From positions 12,562 through 76,561 of the forward strand of contig CAVOIR010000002.1 in the NCBI GenBank assembly GCA_963696045.1: 64,000 bases of DNA, written 5' to 3'. A program made the translations under genes and the position numbers. A model generated the notes under the pieces. It worked only from the letters and a program-made list of their open reading frames with translations. It ran no database searches and had not been told where the DNA came from. The DNA is from an uncultured Chloroflexia bacterium. Its GTDB lineage: Bacteria; Chloroflexota; Limnocylindria; Limnocylindrales; CSP1-4. Shown piece after piece: positions 10,201 through 19,227 of this stretch; the stretch's first letter is position 1; each line of letters begins with the position of its first letter.

Positions 10201-10696
10201 GGCCCGGAGGCGGGCGATCGTGCCGGCGCCGGTGGCACGGTCGTTGAGGCCGACGTAGGTCTCGCGACCGAGGATGAGCACGCCGCTGGCACCGCGGACG
10301 GGCAGCTCGTCCTGGTCGCCGCTGTCCAGATCGGTGCTCGTCAGCCGCGTGTCCCTGGCGGTCCGTGCGACGGTCAGCACGACCGGGCGCAGGCGCCGGC
10401 TCGCGGCGACCTGGAGCGGCGCGGCCCGGACGTTGCCGGCGCGCTTGGCGGCCGAGTCCCGGATCGTCGGGGTCGACGGTCCAGAGGCCACCGTTCCGGG
10501 CGGCGAGGACGAGCGTCGACCCATTGCCGGTGATGTCGGCGGCACGGATCCGCGTGGACTGGGCGATGGCGAGCGCGCCGCCACCAAGGCTCACGCTTCC
10601 GAGCGCTCCTCCCGCCAGCACGATCCAGGCGCAACCCCGCTTCTCATCGACGTGCATGCCCGCCGGCTGCTTCAGCGATGAAAGGACATTCAGCAT
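7270..10696 (-). CDS. Large (~1140 aa) M6/immune-inhibitor-A-like zinc metalloprotease, multidomain, interrupted by ~4 frame changes
   Basis: ATG at 10696 follows AGGAG. The N-terminal repeat region may be propeller-like. The peptidase region carries HYYEENSGF...FVWPHA...TLSHEVGHNLGLLDVYD (HEXXH). A CARDB-like module follows (DIEVRNARAT...VAKVRNAGDLIATGVVVDFF). The C-terminal beta domain is in ORF 7270..7629. Frame joins are near 10455, 9335, 9060 and 7650. No signal peptide is evident. Confidence 0.75.
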
Positions 10697-11008
10697 CCTG
10701 ATCTCCTGCCGGTCCACCTGCCGTCACGCGGGCACGACCAGCCGCGGCAGGGGACTCGATGACATGTGCAGGGGCGACCCGTCGGCGCGGTTCGCTCGGC
10801 GCCTGGAGCACGGGCTCCGGCTGCCACCGCCGTATCGGGGACCCTTCCCGCTCGTCCTTCTCTATGCGCGTCTCTCGCGCGGGACCGTGCACCCCCCAGC
10901 GGCGGCATCGTACCCGCACCGCGATCACTGAGGGAATGCGTACTTCCGTGACCTCCCCGGTCGGCGCACGAGGGAGGAGCGGTGTGCCTCAGCCCCCGCC
11001 CGGGTCCC

Positions 11009-11845
11009 TCAGCCCCGTCCGGCAGCCACCTCGGGACGCGCGAAGATGGCGTCGAAGACGCTCCGGTCCGACAGGTACGCGGGGCCGTGGACCTCCGGGA
11101 ACCCGAGGCCCAGGTCCACGCGCAGGTCCTCGATGCCCGGCTGGTCCGGCCAGACCGGACGGGCGATGAACGCGAGGACGTCACGCCGGTCGTAGATGTT
11201 GAGCCAGGGCTGGAAGGGCGGTCGCGCATCGACCCCCAGGCCCCCGAAGGTCTCCAGGACCGGCGCCTGGGAGCCCACCGTCACGAAGAGGTCCGGCCGC
11301 GGGCTGGCCGGGTCGCGCAGCAGGTCGAACAGGACGATGCCGCCGAGGCTGTTTCCCAGCGCGATCAGCGGGCGCGCCGCGTCCGTGACCGCCCCCAGGA
11401 CACCGCTCACGTGCTCACGGATGGCGTCCCCCGCGCGCTGATAGACGAGCACGTCAGCCACGCCGAGGATCTCCTGCATGAGGGCATCCCGTCGCTCGAG
11501 GAGCACGTCCGTGGCCCAGAGGCGCACGCGGGCGGGGGCCTTCACGTTGAGATACTGGAGCGCGATGATGCCGCCAGCCACCCCCTGGACGAGGCGGCCG
11601 AGGCCGCGCTCACGAGTCGCGGGCTTCGGGCGACCCGCCCGCGGGCGACCGGTCCGCAGCTCGTCGGGTGGCGTGGCCACGAGGACCCGCTCGAGCGTCG
11701 GCCCGACGGCATCACCCCAGTCGGCCGCCACCACGGCCATGTCGCTGCCGCGGGCGGCCAGGCTCTCCCGGATGCGCCGAACGTGGTCCGCCACGCCAGC
11801 GCCCCGGTCGCTGGCGCCGTGGACATAGACGATGGTCCCGCTCAT
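11009..11845 (-). CDS. Alpha/beta-fold hydrolase (esterase/lipase-like)
   Basis: Intact 278-aa ORF. It starts IVYVHGASDRG. The nucleophile elbow is ALGNSLGG (GxSxG). Confidence 0.75.
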   Translation of the reverse strand: MSGTIVYVHGASDRGAGVADHVRRIRESLAARGSDMAVVAADWGDAVGPTLERVLVATPPDELRTGRPRAGRPKPATRERGLGRLVQGVAGGIIALQYLNVKAPARVRLWATDVLLERRDALMQEILGVADVLVYQRAGDAIREHVSGVLGAVTDAARPLIALGNSLGGIVLFDLLRDPASPRPDLFVTVGSQAPVLETFGGLGVDARPPFQPWLNIYDRRDVLAFIARPVWPDQPGIEDLRVDLGLGFPEVHGPAYLSDRSVFDAIFARPEVAAGRG

Positions 11846-11941
11846 CGGACCTGCCGGGCCTTGGTCCTTCGGTCCGCGCGGTAGAGGTAGGCCGACGCGC
11901 CGTCGGGGCCGAGGCCCACGAAGCGGTGTTCCATCCGGATC

Positions 11942-12841
11942 TCAGCGGTCCTTCTTCTTGCGGTCGCGCAGGCCCGCCCTCGCGTCGCTCGTGCTGTCAC
12001 TGTCCGCCGGCAGGAAGGGCTCGATGGACTCACGCGCAGCGCGGAGCGCCTTGATGGCGGACGCGATGCCCTTGGCATCCGGCGATGTCCTGAGCAGGTC
12101 GAGGGCATCCTCGATATCGCTCGCCGCATCGGCGAGCGCATCGGCCGTGTCAGCCGGCTCGTCCGGCTCGGGGTTCGGGTCGTCGAGGGGTGGGTCGAGG
12201 TCGGGCTCGGGCGGCTCCTTGGGCACGATGGGTCGCGAGCGCCAGACGACGAGGCCCAGCCAGCGGTCACGGCCGGGGAAGACCAGGGCGCCGCTGGCGT
12301 CGCGGACGTTGGCACAGGCCTCTTTGACGACCGACCACTCCCACCAGCGCGGACCCTTGGGCATCTTCCTGCCGCCGACGGTCCGACCGTCGGCCAGGGG
12401 ATCGAAGACCTTCACCTTGAGGCTGCCGCCGCGGTCCTTCCCCACGCGCAGGAGTACCGCGTGAGCGCCCGTGAACGACGTGCTCGCCCAATGCCGGGGG
12501 CTCTTCCTCGAGATGGTGCCGTAGTCGAGCGCCACCACGACCGGGCGCTTGCGCTCGAAGAGCAGCTCCCGCAGTCTCTCGAACTCCGACCCATCGGCGA
12601 TCGAGGCGCGCAATGGCTTCAGGCCCGACTTCTTGGCGGCGTCCCTGAAGTCCACGATGGCGCGATGCCAATCCCACGGGTTGGTGGGCCCGTCGTCCTT
12701 GATCTTGGCGCGGACGCGCTCGGTCGTCGTGCGCACCTTCCCGATGGTGGCGTAGTCGATGGCCATGACCGTCGAGGCCACGCCGCAGTCCACCGATTCG
12801 GTGCTGGAGCCATCGAGCTGCGGCTCAAGCTTGATCCCCAT
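11942..12841 (-). CDS. Putative papain-fold (C39-like) cysteine peptidase with an acidic disordered tail
   Basis: Intact ORF. DCGVASTVMAIDY (candidate Cys), FTGAHAVLLRV (candidate His), KVFDPLADG (Asp). The C-terminus is a Pro/Asp/Glu-rich tail. ATG at 12841 is preferred over GTG at 12850 because GGGAGG lies 8 nt upstream. Confidence 0.55.
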   Translation of the reverse strand: MGIKLEPQLDGSSTESVDCGVASTVMAIDYATIGKVRTTTERVRAKIKDDGPTNPWDWHRAIVDFRDAAKKSGLKPLRASIADGSEFERLRELLFERKRPVVVALDYGTISRKSPRHWASTSFTGAHAVLLRVGKDRGGSLKVKVFDPLADGRTVGGRKMPKGPRWWEWSVVKEACANVRDASGALVFPGRDRWLGLVVWRSRPIVPKEPPEPDLDPPLDDPNPEPDEPADTADALADAASDIEDALDLLRTSPDAKGIASAIKALRAARESIEPFLPADSDSTSDARAGLRDRKKKDR

Positions 12842-12964
12842 CCTGGTCACCTCCCTCTGGACAGCTGCCTCCGCGCCGGCAGCGATGGCGCACGCCGGCG
12901 CAGCCCCCCACCCTGGTCGAGTGTATGCCCGGGATGCGTTGGAGCCGCTGCTAGACTCGATCCC

Positions 12965-13577
12965 ATGAAGCCTCCCGGCAGGGCCTCATGGATCGTCGCG
13001 CTGACGTCGTCCATCCTGACCATGGGCCTCGTCACAGGCAGCGCCTCGGCACAGGCGACGGAGCCGCCTCCCGATCCCCGAGCCGACGGTCATCACGAGC
13101 CTCGTGGGGCAGTTCCCGCCCACGGTCGCCGGGAGCAGCCTCGAGATCATCACCTTCAGCGGCGCGGAATGGCTGGCCGGCTTCGATGCCTCGGGCACCG
13201 GCACGCAGTTCACCGACTACCTCTTCGCACTCGGCGTCGGGCCAGAGTCATTGGACAGCCAGGTGGCGCTGGCCTCGGGCGTCTTCATCAACAGCCTCGG
13301 AGCCAGCACCGCCCTCACCGCCATCGCGGTCTGCCCTTCGGACCCGGTCTCGCTCGTGGAGAACACGCTGTTGCTGTACGGACAGCCCGGCGAGCTGCCG
13401 TCCACGGTGACGGCGGCGAACGGTGATGCGGTGACGACCGGCACGGCGTTCACGGACGTGCTCCAGATCCGGGCCATGGCCAAGAGCAACGTGGTCTGGC
13501 TCATCGACGCCTCGGAGCCAGCGGTCCCGGAGATCATGGCCGCCATCCCGGCGCTGCCGGTCGCCTGCCCAGCCTGA
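12965..13577 (+). CDS. Secreted protein, unknown family (one module; paralogous to 25413..26526); one frame change near 13078
   Basis: Signal peptide MKPPGRASWIVALTSSILTMGLVTGSASAQA. The frame join is at a CCCC run. It continues EPTVITSLVGQFPPTVAGSSLEIITFSGAEWLAGF...NVVWLIDASEPAVPEIMAAIP. Confidence 0.6.
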
Positions 13578-13582
13578 CCACG

Positions 13583-15367
13583 CTAGCTCGGGTCATGGAA
13601 GAACTGGTCCAGGGTCTCGTGGACACCGACCAGCGATGACAGGTTCGTGCCGCTGCTGGTGGCACCGTTGCGGTTGATGCAGATGACGGACCGCGGCCGG
13701 GTCGAGGTGCGCACGTCCCGCGCCTCGGCGCTGCTGGCGAGCGAGCCACGGGACACCTCCACGACCATGGGGTCCCAGGCGCCGATGAGCCCGGTGATGG
13801 GGTCGAAGGCCACCACCCGGAAGAGCTGGGAGTTGGCCGGGCAGGCCCCCGTGAACGTGCGGCCGGTGTCGGTCGTCGTGGTGCCGGGGGCCGGGGTGGA
13901 CACGGCGATCTCCTGGAGGCGGCCCTCGTATCCGAAGGCGAACGAGGTGAACACCTGGATGACGTCCGTCCGCGCGGGCGTGGGCACGATGATGTGGGTC
14001 TCGACCGCGGAGCGAGCGGGGATGCGCACCGGTCGCTGCCACGCCAGCCCCGATTCGAGCTCGCAGAGACGGGGATAGAGGGCTTCGTACTCGTCGTGCC
14101 GTTCCCAGAGACTCCGGCTCGGGATGGGATCGACGATCGCGCCAGTCGACGCACAGCTGCGCGGTCGGGGCCAGGCTCGCCGACGGCTGCTGGCTCAGGA
14201 TCCCGGTGGGCAGGGTCTGTTCGAACGCGGCACGGTTGCACTCGGTCGATGATCTGCTGCTGCGTCTTTCTCGAATCGGGGTTGTTGTCGCGGAAGTTCA
14301 GGACGCAGGAGTTGGTCAGATTCGCCCGCCTGGTCTCGGGATCGGCGCGGCGGCCTCGGAGCTCGGGGCTGGGGACGGGCCCGTCGGCGTCTCGTTCCGA
14401 TAGCCCACCTGGACCTCGTAGGGGCTGTGCAGGATGGTGATCGGTGCGTCGGTGGGGTTCTCGGCCCGGATGACGAGCCCGAAGCGTCCCCGTTCGTCCT
14501 CGCCCTCCACCGGGTCCACCGAGACGAGGACGTTGATGGAGGCGGGCTGGTCCGTCGGGTCGACGACCAGCGAGTACCACACCCCGTAGAACGTCATGGC
14601 GAGGCCGAGCACCGCGGCGATCGTGAAGCCCGGAGAGCTTCGATAGCGAGCCATCGAAGCTGATGCCGTAGGCCGGTCCGGCGCGGAAGAGGGTGGCGAG
14701 GGCCCATGTCGCGGTGACCAGCACGAGGACCGCGCTGACGAGGTACACGACCCGGGTGATGTCCACGGTCTCGGCGAAGAGCAGTCCCAGCGCGATCGTC
14801 GCGGTGCACACCCAGAAGGCGCCACTGACCACGATGCCGTAGGCCCACACCATGGGGGCCTTCGACTGCAGGACGAGCGCGGCGATGACCATCAGGACGC
14901 CGACCACCGCGTAGGCCTCGAGCATGCCCTTGGGGCGGAGCGGCAGCTGCCACAGGACGGCCAGGAGCCAGAAGCCGATGAGGATGAGGCCCCAGATGGC
15001 CAGGATGCGACGGACGCCCTCGACGGGGCCGGCGGCTCGAAGGGCGCGCGTCGCGGTGAAGGAGAGCGCTGCGACCGCGATGGCGGTGCCGGCCAGGGCG
15101 CGCGCCCGGTCGGCCTCCTCGGGCCGGCCCACCAGGCCCAGCAGCTCGTTGACGACGACCACCACGAGGGTGAGCAGGCAGACGCCGGAGACGATGGCCG
15201 CCCGAAGGGCCCAGCGTCGCCGCGCGTCTGCTGACGGCCAGGGCTCGGAATGCTCGACCGGCTGACCCGCTGAGCCCGGACAGGTCGTCCCCAGGCGGCG
15301 GGACCGCGGGCTGCTGTGCCTCGGTCACATCCGCGTCCCGGGGAAGAGGGGTCGCGTCCGTCGTCAT
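13583..15367 (-). CDS. Polytopic membrane protein with a ~330-aa C-terminal extracytoplasmic domain, unknown function (~5 frame changes)
   Basis: Start MTTDATPLPRD. TM-rich block in ORF 13534..15165 (ILAIWGLILIGFWLLAVLW, AYAVVGVLMVIAALVL, VWAYGIVVSGAFWVCTATIALGLLF, VVYLVSAVLVLVTATWALATLF). Further pieces are in ORFs 14316..14825 and 13583..14029 (…ICINRNGATSSGTNLSSLVGVHETLDQFFHDPS). Confidence 0.55.
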
Positions 15368-15546
15368 CCTGGCCTGCGCCGTCGATGGTAGCCAGCCGGT
15401 CAAGCAGGGGGTCCGGGGACCGCAGGGGCACGCCTCGGGTAGGCCGGTCGGGTCATTGACAGGTCCCGACTCGGCACTACCATGCCGAGCCCTGGGGGGA
15501 CCTCTGGGAGGGCAGAGCCATCGCAGCCTCACGGACCTGGATCACG

Positions 15547-15969
15547 GTGGGGGTGATCGTGGCCCTCATGGCGGTCGCCGTCGTGGCCGTGGTCGCCGAT
15601 GTCGAGCTGCCGTTCCTGGGCGTCTTCGACGATCGCGAGCTGATCATCCTGTTGCTCGCGCTCGCCGTGGCGGTGGGCGTCGTGGTGACGCTGGAGGCAC
15701 GAGCCCGGCCCAACGGCGAGTACCGCGCCACGATCGCGGGCACGCTTCCGTGGGTGCCCTGGACCGCGGCCATCCTCTCCACGGCGCTGTATCTCGCGCC
15801 CATCGGCGATCGTGAGCTCTTCCGGGACAACGCGGTCGCCTTCGGCGTCCTCGCAGCCATGCTCCTGTGGCTCGCGTATCCGCTCGCCGATCGCCGCTAT
15901 GCGACGGCCGACACCCAGAGCCCCGGCTGGTCGGCGGCATTGCGCGACCGCGTCCAGTGGCTGCACTGA
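15547..15969 (+). CDS. Small 4-TM membrane protein, unknown function
   Basis: Intact 140-aa ORF with four hydrophobic helices. It is divergent from 13583..15367. Confidence 0.6.
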   Translation: MGVIVALMAVAVVAVVADVELPFLGVFDDRELIILLLALAVAVGVVVTLEARARPNGEYRATIAGTLPWVPWTAAILSTALYLAPIGDRELFRDNAVAFGVLAAMLLWLAYPLADRRYATADTQSPGWSAALRDRVQWLH

Positions 15970-15973
15970 GACG

Positions 15974-16840
15974 GTGGCTGACGGGACACAGGTGCGCTCG
16001 GAGACGCCCGCCGATGAGCGCATCCTGGCCATCGCCCGGAGTAGCCTGGAACAGCTGAAGGCCGACCTGCGCAAGGGAGGCATGGGCTGGGTCACCCGCG
16101 ACGCGTACATGGCTGCCTGGGCCGATGTCCATCGCGTCGAGCAGCTTCTCGTCGACGTCAGCCCGCCGGCGGACCTCGTGCGGCTGGCCATGACCGACGT
16201 GCTGCGGGTGCACGGCTCGAACATCCCCGATGCGGAATCGCTGGAGCGACGCCTGCGGCTCGCAGCGTCGGTCATCGACCCCGGCAGCGACGCCTTCTTC
16301 CGCACGGTCGATGTGGCCGCCCCGGACGCGGAGGACTCCCCGGGCGCCGGCACGGTCGGACCGACGCCTGACGCCAGGGTGGAAGCACGCGCCCGGGCGG
16401 TCATCCGTGCCGTGCACGACAGCATCACGTCCTACCGCAGCGGCCTGTGGTCCGAACTGGCCTATGCGCGCTGGCTGCTCCTGCGCACGACCGCGACCGC
16501 GGGCCTGGTGGCCTACCTCGTGCTGGCGCTGGCCCTCGTCGTGGGCGTCTCGGAGCGTCACCTCGGGACGGCCTGGGCGTACTTCCTCACGGGCGCGGTC
16601 GCCGGTCTGTTCCTGCGGCTGCGGCGGGCGGGGACGGAGACGTCGGTCAGCGACGACTACGGCCTGGAGTACGCCCGCCTGTACCAGACGCCGCTGCTCT
16701 CGGGGATGGCCGCCGTCATCGGGGTCGTCATCATGGCCTCGATCTCGGGCGCGACGCTCGGCGACATCCTCGTCCAGGAGACCCCGCCGACCCTGGCCGC
16801 CGAGGCCCAGGCCACCGACACCTTCGAGGCCGAGGACTGA
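15974..16840 (+). CDS. Membrane protein with an N-terminal helical soluble domain and 3-4 TM helices, unknown function
   Basis: The GTG at 15974 lies 5 nt after the stop of the upstream gene. Sequence: ...ILAIARSSLEQLKADLRKGGMGWVTRDAYMAAWADVHRVEQLL... then LLLRTTATAGLVAYLVLALALVV, AWAYFLTGAVAGLFL, LLSGMAAVIGVVIMASI. A further TM-containing reading frame extends to 17120 (see findings). Confidence 0.55.
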   Translation: MADGTQVRSETPADERILAIARSSLEQLKADLRKGGMGWVTRDAYMAAWADVHRVEQLLVDVSPPADLVRLAMTDVLRVHGSNIPDAESLERRLRLAASVIDPGSDAFFRTVDVAAPDAEDSPGAGTVGPTPDARVEARARAVIRAVHDSITSYRSGLWSELAYARWLLLRTTATAGLVAYLVLALALVVGVSERHLGTAWAYFLTGAVAGLFLRLRRAGTETSVSDDYGLEYARLYQTPLLSGMAAVIGVVIMASISGATLGDILVQETPPTLAAEAQATDTFEAED

Positions 16841-16877
16841 CCCGAGGCCACCAGCGACGACGGGGCCGAGGTGCCGC

Positions 16878-16940
16878 CAGACGGATGGTGCCGCAGCCCC
16901 AGACGATGGCGCCGCAGCGCCAAACGATGGCGCCGGGCCG
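16878..16940 (+). repeat. 3 x 21-nt imperfect tandem repeat (encodes DGAAAP-type repeats in one frame)
   Basis: cagacggatggtgccgcagcc / ccagacgatggcgccgcagcg / ccaaacgatggcgccgggccg. In the frame of ORF 16230..17120 this reads TDGAAAPDDGAAAPNDGAGP. Confidence 0.6.
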
Positions 16941-17132
16941 TCCGAGCAGGCCACCAGCGCACGGCTCGGCGAGGCCTTCGACCTGGAGACCTACCCGCTG
17001 GGGGTGGTCATCGCGCTCATCTTCGGGCTCACCCCGGGCCTCGTGCTCGATCGGCTGGGAGCCTCGCTGAGCGGGACGAAGAGCGCCATCGTCTCGAGCC
17101 GCGCCGGCAACCAGAAGTAGCCCATCGGCGCC

Positions 17133-17834
17133 TCAGCCGCGCTTCGCACGCCCCCTGATCCACGTCTCGACCTGCTCGGCCCGCAGGGGACCGCGGTGAC
17201 CGATATGCCAGCGACCGGGGGCCTCGGCCAGGAGCTCCCGGACGCTCTGCTCGATGGCCGCGAGGTCGTCCGCGAAGTACGGCAGGCGCGGGGAACCGCC
17301 ACGCAGCGCCCGTCCCGCCAGCAGGTCCCCGCAGATGGCGTCGCTCGCCGAGGATGACGCTGACCGAGCCTGGGGTGTGGCCCGGCGTGGCGACGGTGCG
17401 GCCGGCCACGCCGTAGGGCGCCAGGTCGAACGTCTCCGTCGTGGACGATCTCGGGCTCGAAGGCCGGGGCCGTCCTGGGTGCGAAGAGCGCGAAGACGCG
17501 ACCGAAGAGGTCCGTGCCGTGGAGCGGGCGATCCCGCCCGGAGCGCGCGATCTCGGCATCGGCCGCATGGAGGGCCACCGGCGCATCGAGGGCTTCGCGC
17601 AGCCGGCTCACGCCTCCCGAGGTGGTCGAGGTGGCCGTGCGTCAGCAGGATGAGCGACACGTCGGCCGGCCTGATCCCGCTGTCCCGGAGCGCTCGCAGC
17701 ACGCCGCCGGCCATGCGCGGGTAGCCGGCGTCGACGACGATGGTGCGCTCATCCCGGATGAGGTAGGCGTTGAGGAAGCCCCACGGGGCCAGGGCGACCG
17801 GGGTGATCCTGGGGCTGGACCGGCCGTCTACCAT
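17133..17834 (-). CDS. MBL-fold metallo-hydrolase (~3 frame changes)
   Basis: FLNAYLIRDERTIVVDAGYP...ILLTHGHLDH (HxHxDH motif) in ORF 17133..17882. It continues in ORFs 16991..17611 and 17029..17586 (TVATPGHTPGSVSVIL), then returns to the first frame for the C-terminus. Confidence 0.75.
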   Translation of the reverse strand: MVDGRSSPRITPVALAPWGFLNAYLIRDERTIVVDAGYPRMAGGVLRALRDSGIRPADVSLILLTHGHLDHLGRREPAARSPRCAGGPPCGRCRDRALRAGSPAPRHGPLRSRLRALRTQDGPGLRARDRPRRRRSTWRPTAWPAAPSPRRATPQARSASSSASDAICGDLLAGRALRGGSPRLPYFADDLAAIEQSVRELLAEAPGRWHIGHRGPLRAEQVETWIRGRAKRG

Positions 17835-17873
17835 GGCGCGGCGAGGATACCCGCCGCCAGCGAGGAAGCACCA

Positions 17874-19220
17874 GTGGACCACCTACTGGTCCCGCACGAA
17901 GCGAGCACGACCACGGCGCAGGTCTGGGTGGGGCGGTTCGGCGGCGCGCGGCCGCAGGGCCTGCGTCTCGCCGTGGGCAGCGGCGCTGCGATGCCGGTGC
18001 CTGACGCCTGGCAGGCGCACACCATCGACGGCGTCGTCCGGATGTGGTGGCAGCGCCATCTGGTCACCGGTCTGGCCGCCGGCGAGCGCCACGTGGTGCG
18101 CCTGCTCGATGGCACCACGGAGGTCGCGACCGCCGTGACCTCGACGCTACCGGAACGGCTGCCGCTGCTCGACGAGCGTCCCTTCACGTGCCTGCTCGGC
18201 TCCTGCTTCGGCTGGGACGGCGACCCCTTCGGGCGAGAGGTCGGCGCCGCCATCCGCCAGCTGCCGGTGACCCATCGGCCCGACGTCACGTTCCTCTGCG
18301 GCGACCAGGTCTACCTCGACGCGCCGTTCCCGCGCTACCTGCACCACCTCCCCGGCGGCGAGGGCATGCGCCTCGAGTTCTTCGAGAAGTACCGCGCCAA
18401 CTGGGCATCGACTGACCAGGGCCCTGGCTATTCGGAGGTCCTGCGCCAGGGAGCGACGTACTTCACCTCGGACGACCACGAGCTCTGGAACAACGCCCCC
18501 AACAAGACACCGGTCGTGGTCAAGACCTGGTTCGGGCCGTGGCGCCAGGAGTGGTACGACACGGCCTCGGAGCTGTACGACGCCTTCCAGGCGCCGGCGC
18601 GGGTGATGGGCTTCTCGGTCGGACGGCTCTCGTTCCTCGTGGCCGACCTGCGCCTCGATCGCGCCGCCGACCGCTCCCGCCTGCAGCGCGATCCGGACCA
18701 CCAGCGCGTCATCGATTGGATCGATGGCCTGTCCGGGCCGGGCGTGCTCGTGCTCGGCCAGCCCGTGCTGGCGGCCGAGGCGGGCTGGAAGGGCAACATC
18801 GCCGACTGGGGCCTGCCCGACTACCGCCAGTACGGGCCGCTGGTGGCGGCGATGCAGCGCTCCCGCCACGACGTCGTCGTGCTCACCGGCGACGTCCACT
18901 TCGGCCGCGTGGCCGGCGCTCCCCTGCCGGGCGGCGCCAACCTCTACGAGGTCATCGCATCGCCGTTCGCGCTCGTCAGCTCGCTCCTGCCCCAGGAGTG
19001 GGGAGCGCCGCCCGGGCGATTCCCGGAGCGCCCGCTGCCCGGCACCGTGGGGAGCCCTGTGTGGTACCGGGACGACTACAAAGTCGCGGTCGACCATTTC
19101 GCGACCGTGGCCTTCCAGGATGCCGGCGGCCGCCTCGTCATGCGCGTGACCGCCTGGCCCATCCCGCAGCTCGGCCAGCCCCTGGTCGCGGGGCCACAGT
19201 GGGGGACATACCTGTCGTGA
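17874..19220 (+). CDS. PhoD-like phosphatase / metallophosphoesterase-fold protein
   Basis: Intact. GTG at 17874 follows GAGGAAG. FTCLLGSCF...FLCGDQVYLDAP...YFTSDDHELWNN...VLTGDVHFGRVA are calcineurin-like/PhoD-type metal-ligand motifs. Confidence 0.7.
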   Translation: MDHLLVPHEASTTTAQVWVGRFGGARPQGLRLAVGSGAAMPVPDAWQAHTIDGVVRMWWQRHLVTGLAAGERHVVRLLDGTTEVATAVTSTLPERLPLLDERPFTCLLGSCFGWDGDPFGREVGAAIRQLPVTHRPDVTFLCGDQVYLDAPFPRYLHHLPGGEGMRLEFFEKYRANWASTDQGPGYSEVLRQGATYFTSDDHELWNNAPNKTPVVVKTWFGPWRQEWYDTASELYDAFQAPARVMGFSVGRLSFLVADLRLDRAADRSRLQRDPDHQRVIDWIDGLSGPGVLVLGQPVLAAEAGWKGNIADWGLPDYRQYGPLVAAMQRSRHDVVVLTGDVHFGRVAGAPLPGGANLYEVIASPFALVSSLLPQEWGAPPGRFPERPLPGTVGSPVWYRDDYKVAVDHFATVAFQDAGGRLVMRVTAWPIPQLGQPLVAGPQWGTYLS

Positions 19221-19227
19221 GGTCGCC

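Noticed and set aside
10697-11008. Known riboswitch class in the metalloprotease leader
   Set aside because: I compared it by eye with cobalamin, TPP, glycine, c-di-GMP, ZTP and yybP core motifs and found no match. It is kept only as an unclassified leader in the findings.
16838-16840. TGA as a second selenocysteine codon
   Set aside because: There is no SECIS-like hairpin within ~40 nt. There is no Cys/Sec-type redox motif around it, and continuation also needs a frameshift. A base error or a genuine stop is more likely.
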